Source: Eukaryota sp. TZLM1-RC
Lineage: Eukaryota; Protista; Metamonada: BaSk clade
DNA length: 64,000 bases
Direction of reading: 5' to 3'
Assembly (NCBI GenBank): GCA_040285825.1
Contig: JAUPSS010000004.1
Span: 2,398,550 to 2,462,549, forward strand
Made by a program: the position numbers and the translations under genes. Positions 62,481-64,000 of this stretch are shown here, in pieces. The notes beneath the pieces were generated by a model that searched no databases, had not been told where the DNA came from, and worked only from the letters and a program-made list of their open reading frames with translations. How positions within the stretch are numbered: the stretch's first letter is position 1; each line of letters opens with the position of its first letter.

Positions 62481-62751
62481 AAGTTAGTAACTTATACTGT
62501 ATGTTTCACTTCAAGTAATATCTAATTGAAGATTAATTGCAATGTATTCTCAAATCCCAACTATTGTTTTTATATCGAGCTGATTGATCTATAGAACTGA
62601 TCTAGTACAAAAAAGCTTTGATGCTACCGATTTAAATCTTGTTCATCAAACAATACAGCTTTTAAACAAGCAAATGTTGTGAAAATACATTTAAATTCAT
62701 TTTTGAAAACTAATTAATTGTCCATCAACAGGAAAGAGGCAGGCCACTTCC

Positions 62752-63654
62752 ATGCGTGTGAGCAAGCCCATACAGGCTGCTGCGCGTCGTTCAACGTCTT
62801 CATCCTTTTCTATGCAGTTTCTTCCACTTGAAAGCACTTCTGACAGCTCTTTAGATAATTCTTACCCTTCAAACCCCACACATAAATCAAGAAGGTCTAT
62901 AGACTTATCTGCTCGTTCACATTTATCAAGTAACGCGAATGAAGACTTAGTCAGTTCTACTGGTACTATACAGTTACTCTCACCATCTCCCAGTAGTAAA
63001 ACTAGATTGTCTGAAGATCCTCAAAAACCACTTGAACAATGTCCCAAATGCAAACGACAGTTTCATGCTGACAGGATAGGGAAACATTCATCCGTTTGCA
63101 AAGCCAAACCATTATCCAAGCATAAACGTCACCATTCAGAAAAAACTGAATCACCTTCACAATCTGCACGTGATTCCAAGCCAAAGAAGTGGGAACTTCA
63201 ATCGAATCACCTGCGTGCCATGATACGTGCTAATAAGGGCCTTCCTCCAGAAGAAGGAGTTCCTCTTCCCCCTCCTGTTGATACAGTGTCTTGTCCTCAT
63301 TGTAATCGGAAGTTTAGCGAGAGTGCAGCAGAAAGGCATATTCCTATTTGTAGTAGAGTCATCCACAGACCAAAACCTCCCAGTAAAAACGTTTCACGTG
63401 TAGCATATGATCCAGCGTTTGCTGCCCGATCTTCTCTTTCTCTTTCTTCCTCCTCTCCTAGCTCTACTTCCACGCCCCAGGCCAGAAGTTCCAAGCCAAG
63501 GATCGCACGGTCAGCTCCCGTCAGTAAAGCATCATTACAACCCTCAGGTGGATATGAAGCGAAGTATTGTACAGAGTGTGGGGAGAAATTCACTAATAGT
63601 GGTTATAAGTTTTGCCCATTTTGTGGTACTTGTAGATATAATGGTAAGAGCTAG
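62752..63654 (+). CDS. C2HC zinc-finger protein (ZC2HC1-like) with C-terminal zinc ribbon
   Basis: CPKCKRQF..RI.KH..VC, W..Q...LR.MIR, CPHCNRKFSESAAERHIPIC, CTECG..KFCPFCGT. Confidence 0.85.
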   Translation: MRVSKPIQAAARRSTSSSFSMQFLPLESTSDSSLDNSYPSNPTHKSRRSIDLSARSHLSSNANEDLVSSTGTIQLLSPSPSSKTRLSEDPQKPLEQCPKCKRQFHADRIGKHSSVCKAKPLSKHKRHHSEKTESPSQSARDSKPKKWELQSNHLRAMIRANKGLPPEEGVPLPPPVDTVSCPHCNRKFSESAAERHIPICSRVIHRPKPPSKNVSRVAYDPAFAARSSLSLSSSSPSSTSTPQARSSKPRIARSAPVSKASLQPSGGYEAKYCTECGEKFTNSGYKFCPFCGTCRYNGKS

Positions 63655-63688
63655 GGTTAGGGTTGGTTAGGGTTAGGGTTAGGGTTGG
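63652..63688 (+). repeat. Interstitial telomere-type repeat (TTAGGG with TTGG variants)
   Basis: TAGGG TTAGGG TTGG TTAGGG TTAGGG TTAGGG TTGG. Confidence 0.85.
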
Positions 63689-64000
63689 TGTTTTCTTTTT
63701 TTTGTGTATTATACTAGTAGGTGTTTGGTTGTCTGTTTTATTGTTGTTTTCTAGTTTTCAATTGCTTTCATTTAATGTGATTTATTAGTTTACATAAATC
63801 AATCTTAGCAGGTTTTGAAGGGTGATTGGTTAATCTTCAACCCAATATGAACATCAATAATTAAAACCAGTGTCTGTTCAATTATGAAAATGTTAAAGTC
63901 ACAAATAAAAAATGAATATACAATTTCCATTAATTTAATACTTCTAGGAGAGAGTGGACAAGGTGATTCAAAATGAACACTTCCTGATTTCTAGTTAATT

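Overview
Gene-dense, AT-rich eukaryotic (protist-like) DNA. About 20 host genes: SmD1, CCT-gamma, EPG5-like, S-adenosylhomocysteine hydrolase, Prp4-like WD40, syntaxin, calmodulin and a CaM-like protein, PNO1, CSN4, a ferric reductase-like flavoprotein, a FAM20/Four-jointed-like kinase, tRNA-Val(AAC) and others. They carry tiny 26-32 nt GT-AG introns. Most intergenic space is decayed mobile DNA: CRE-like RT/RLE non-LTR retrotransposons, hAT derivatives, and relics of at least four (up to six) lineages of Fanzor (eukaryotic TnpB-like RNA-guided nuclease) elements. Main observation: conserved Fanzor right ends (putative omegaRNA scaffolds, one with visible covariation) stop 12, 13 and 17 nt upstream of the ATG of three co-oriented host genes (SmD1, a Ser-rich gene, PNO1), so the predicted guide is the host 5'UTR/start codon. 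One locus (34.0-36.9 kb) is a resolvable nest: a retrotransposon in the Fanzor RuvC-I motif, a hAT at the scaffold/guide junction, and a second Fanzor end beyond. All calls are by eye; no searches were run, and no intact Fanzor ORF is present.
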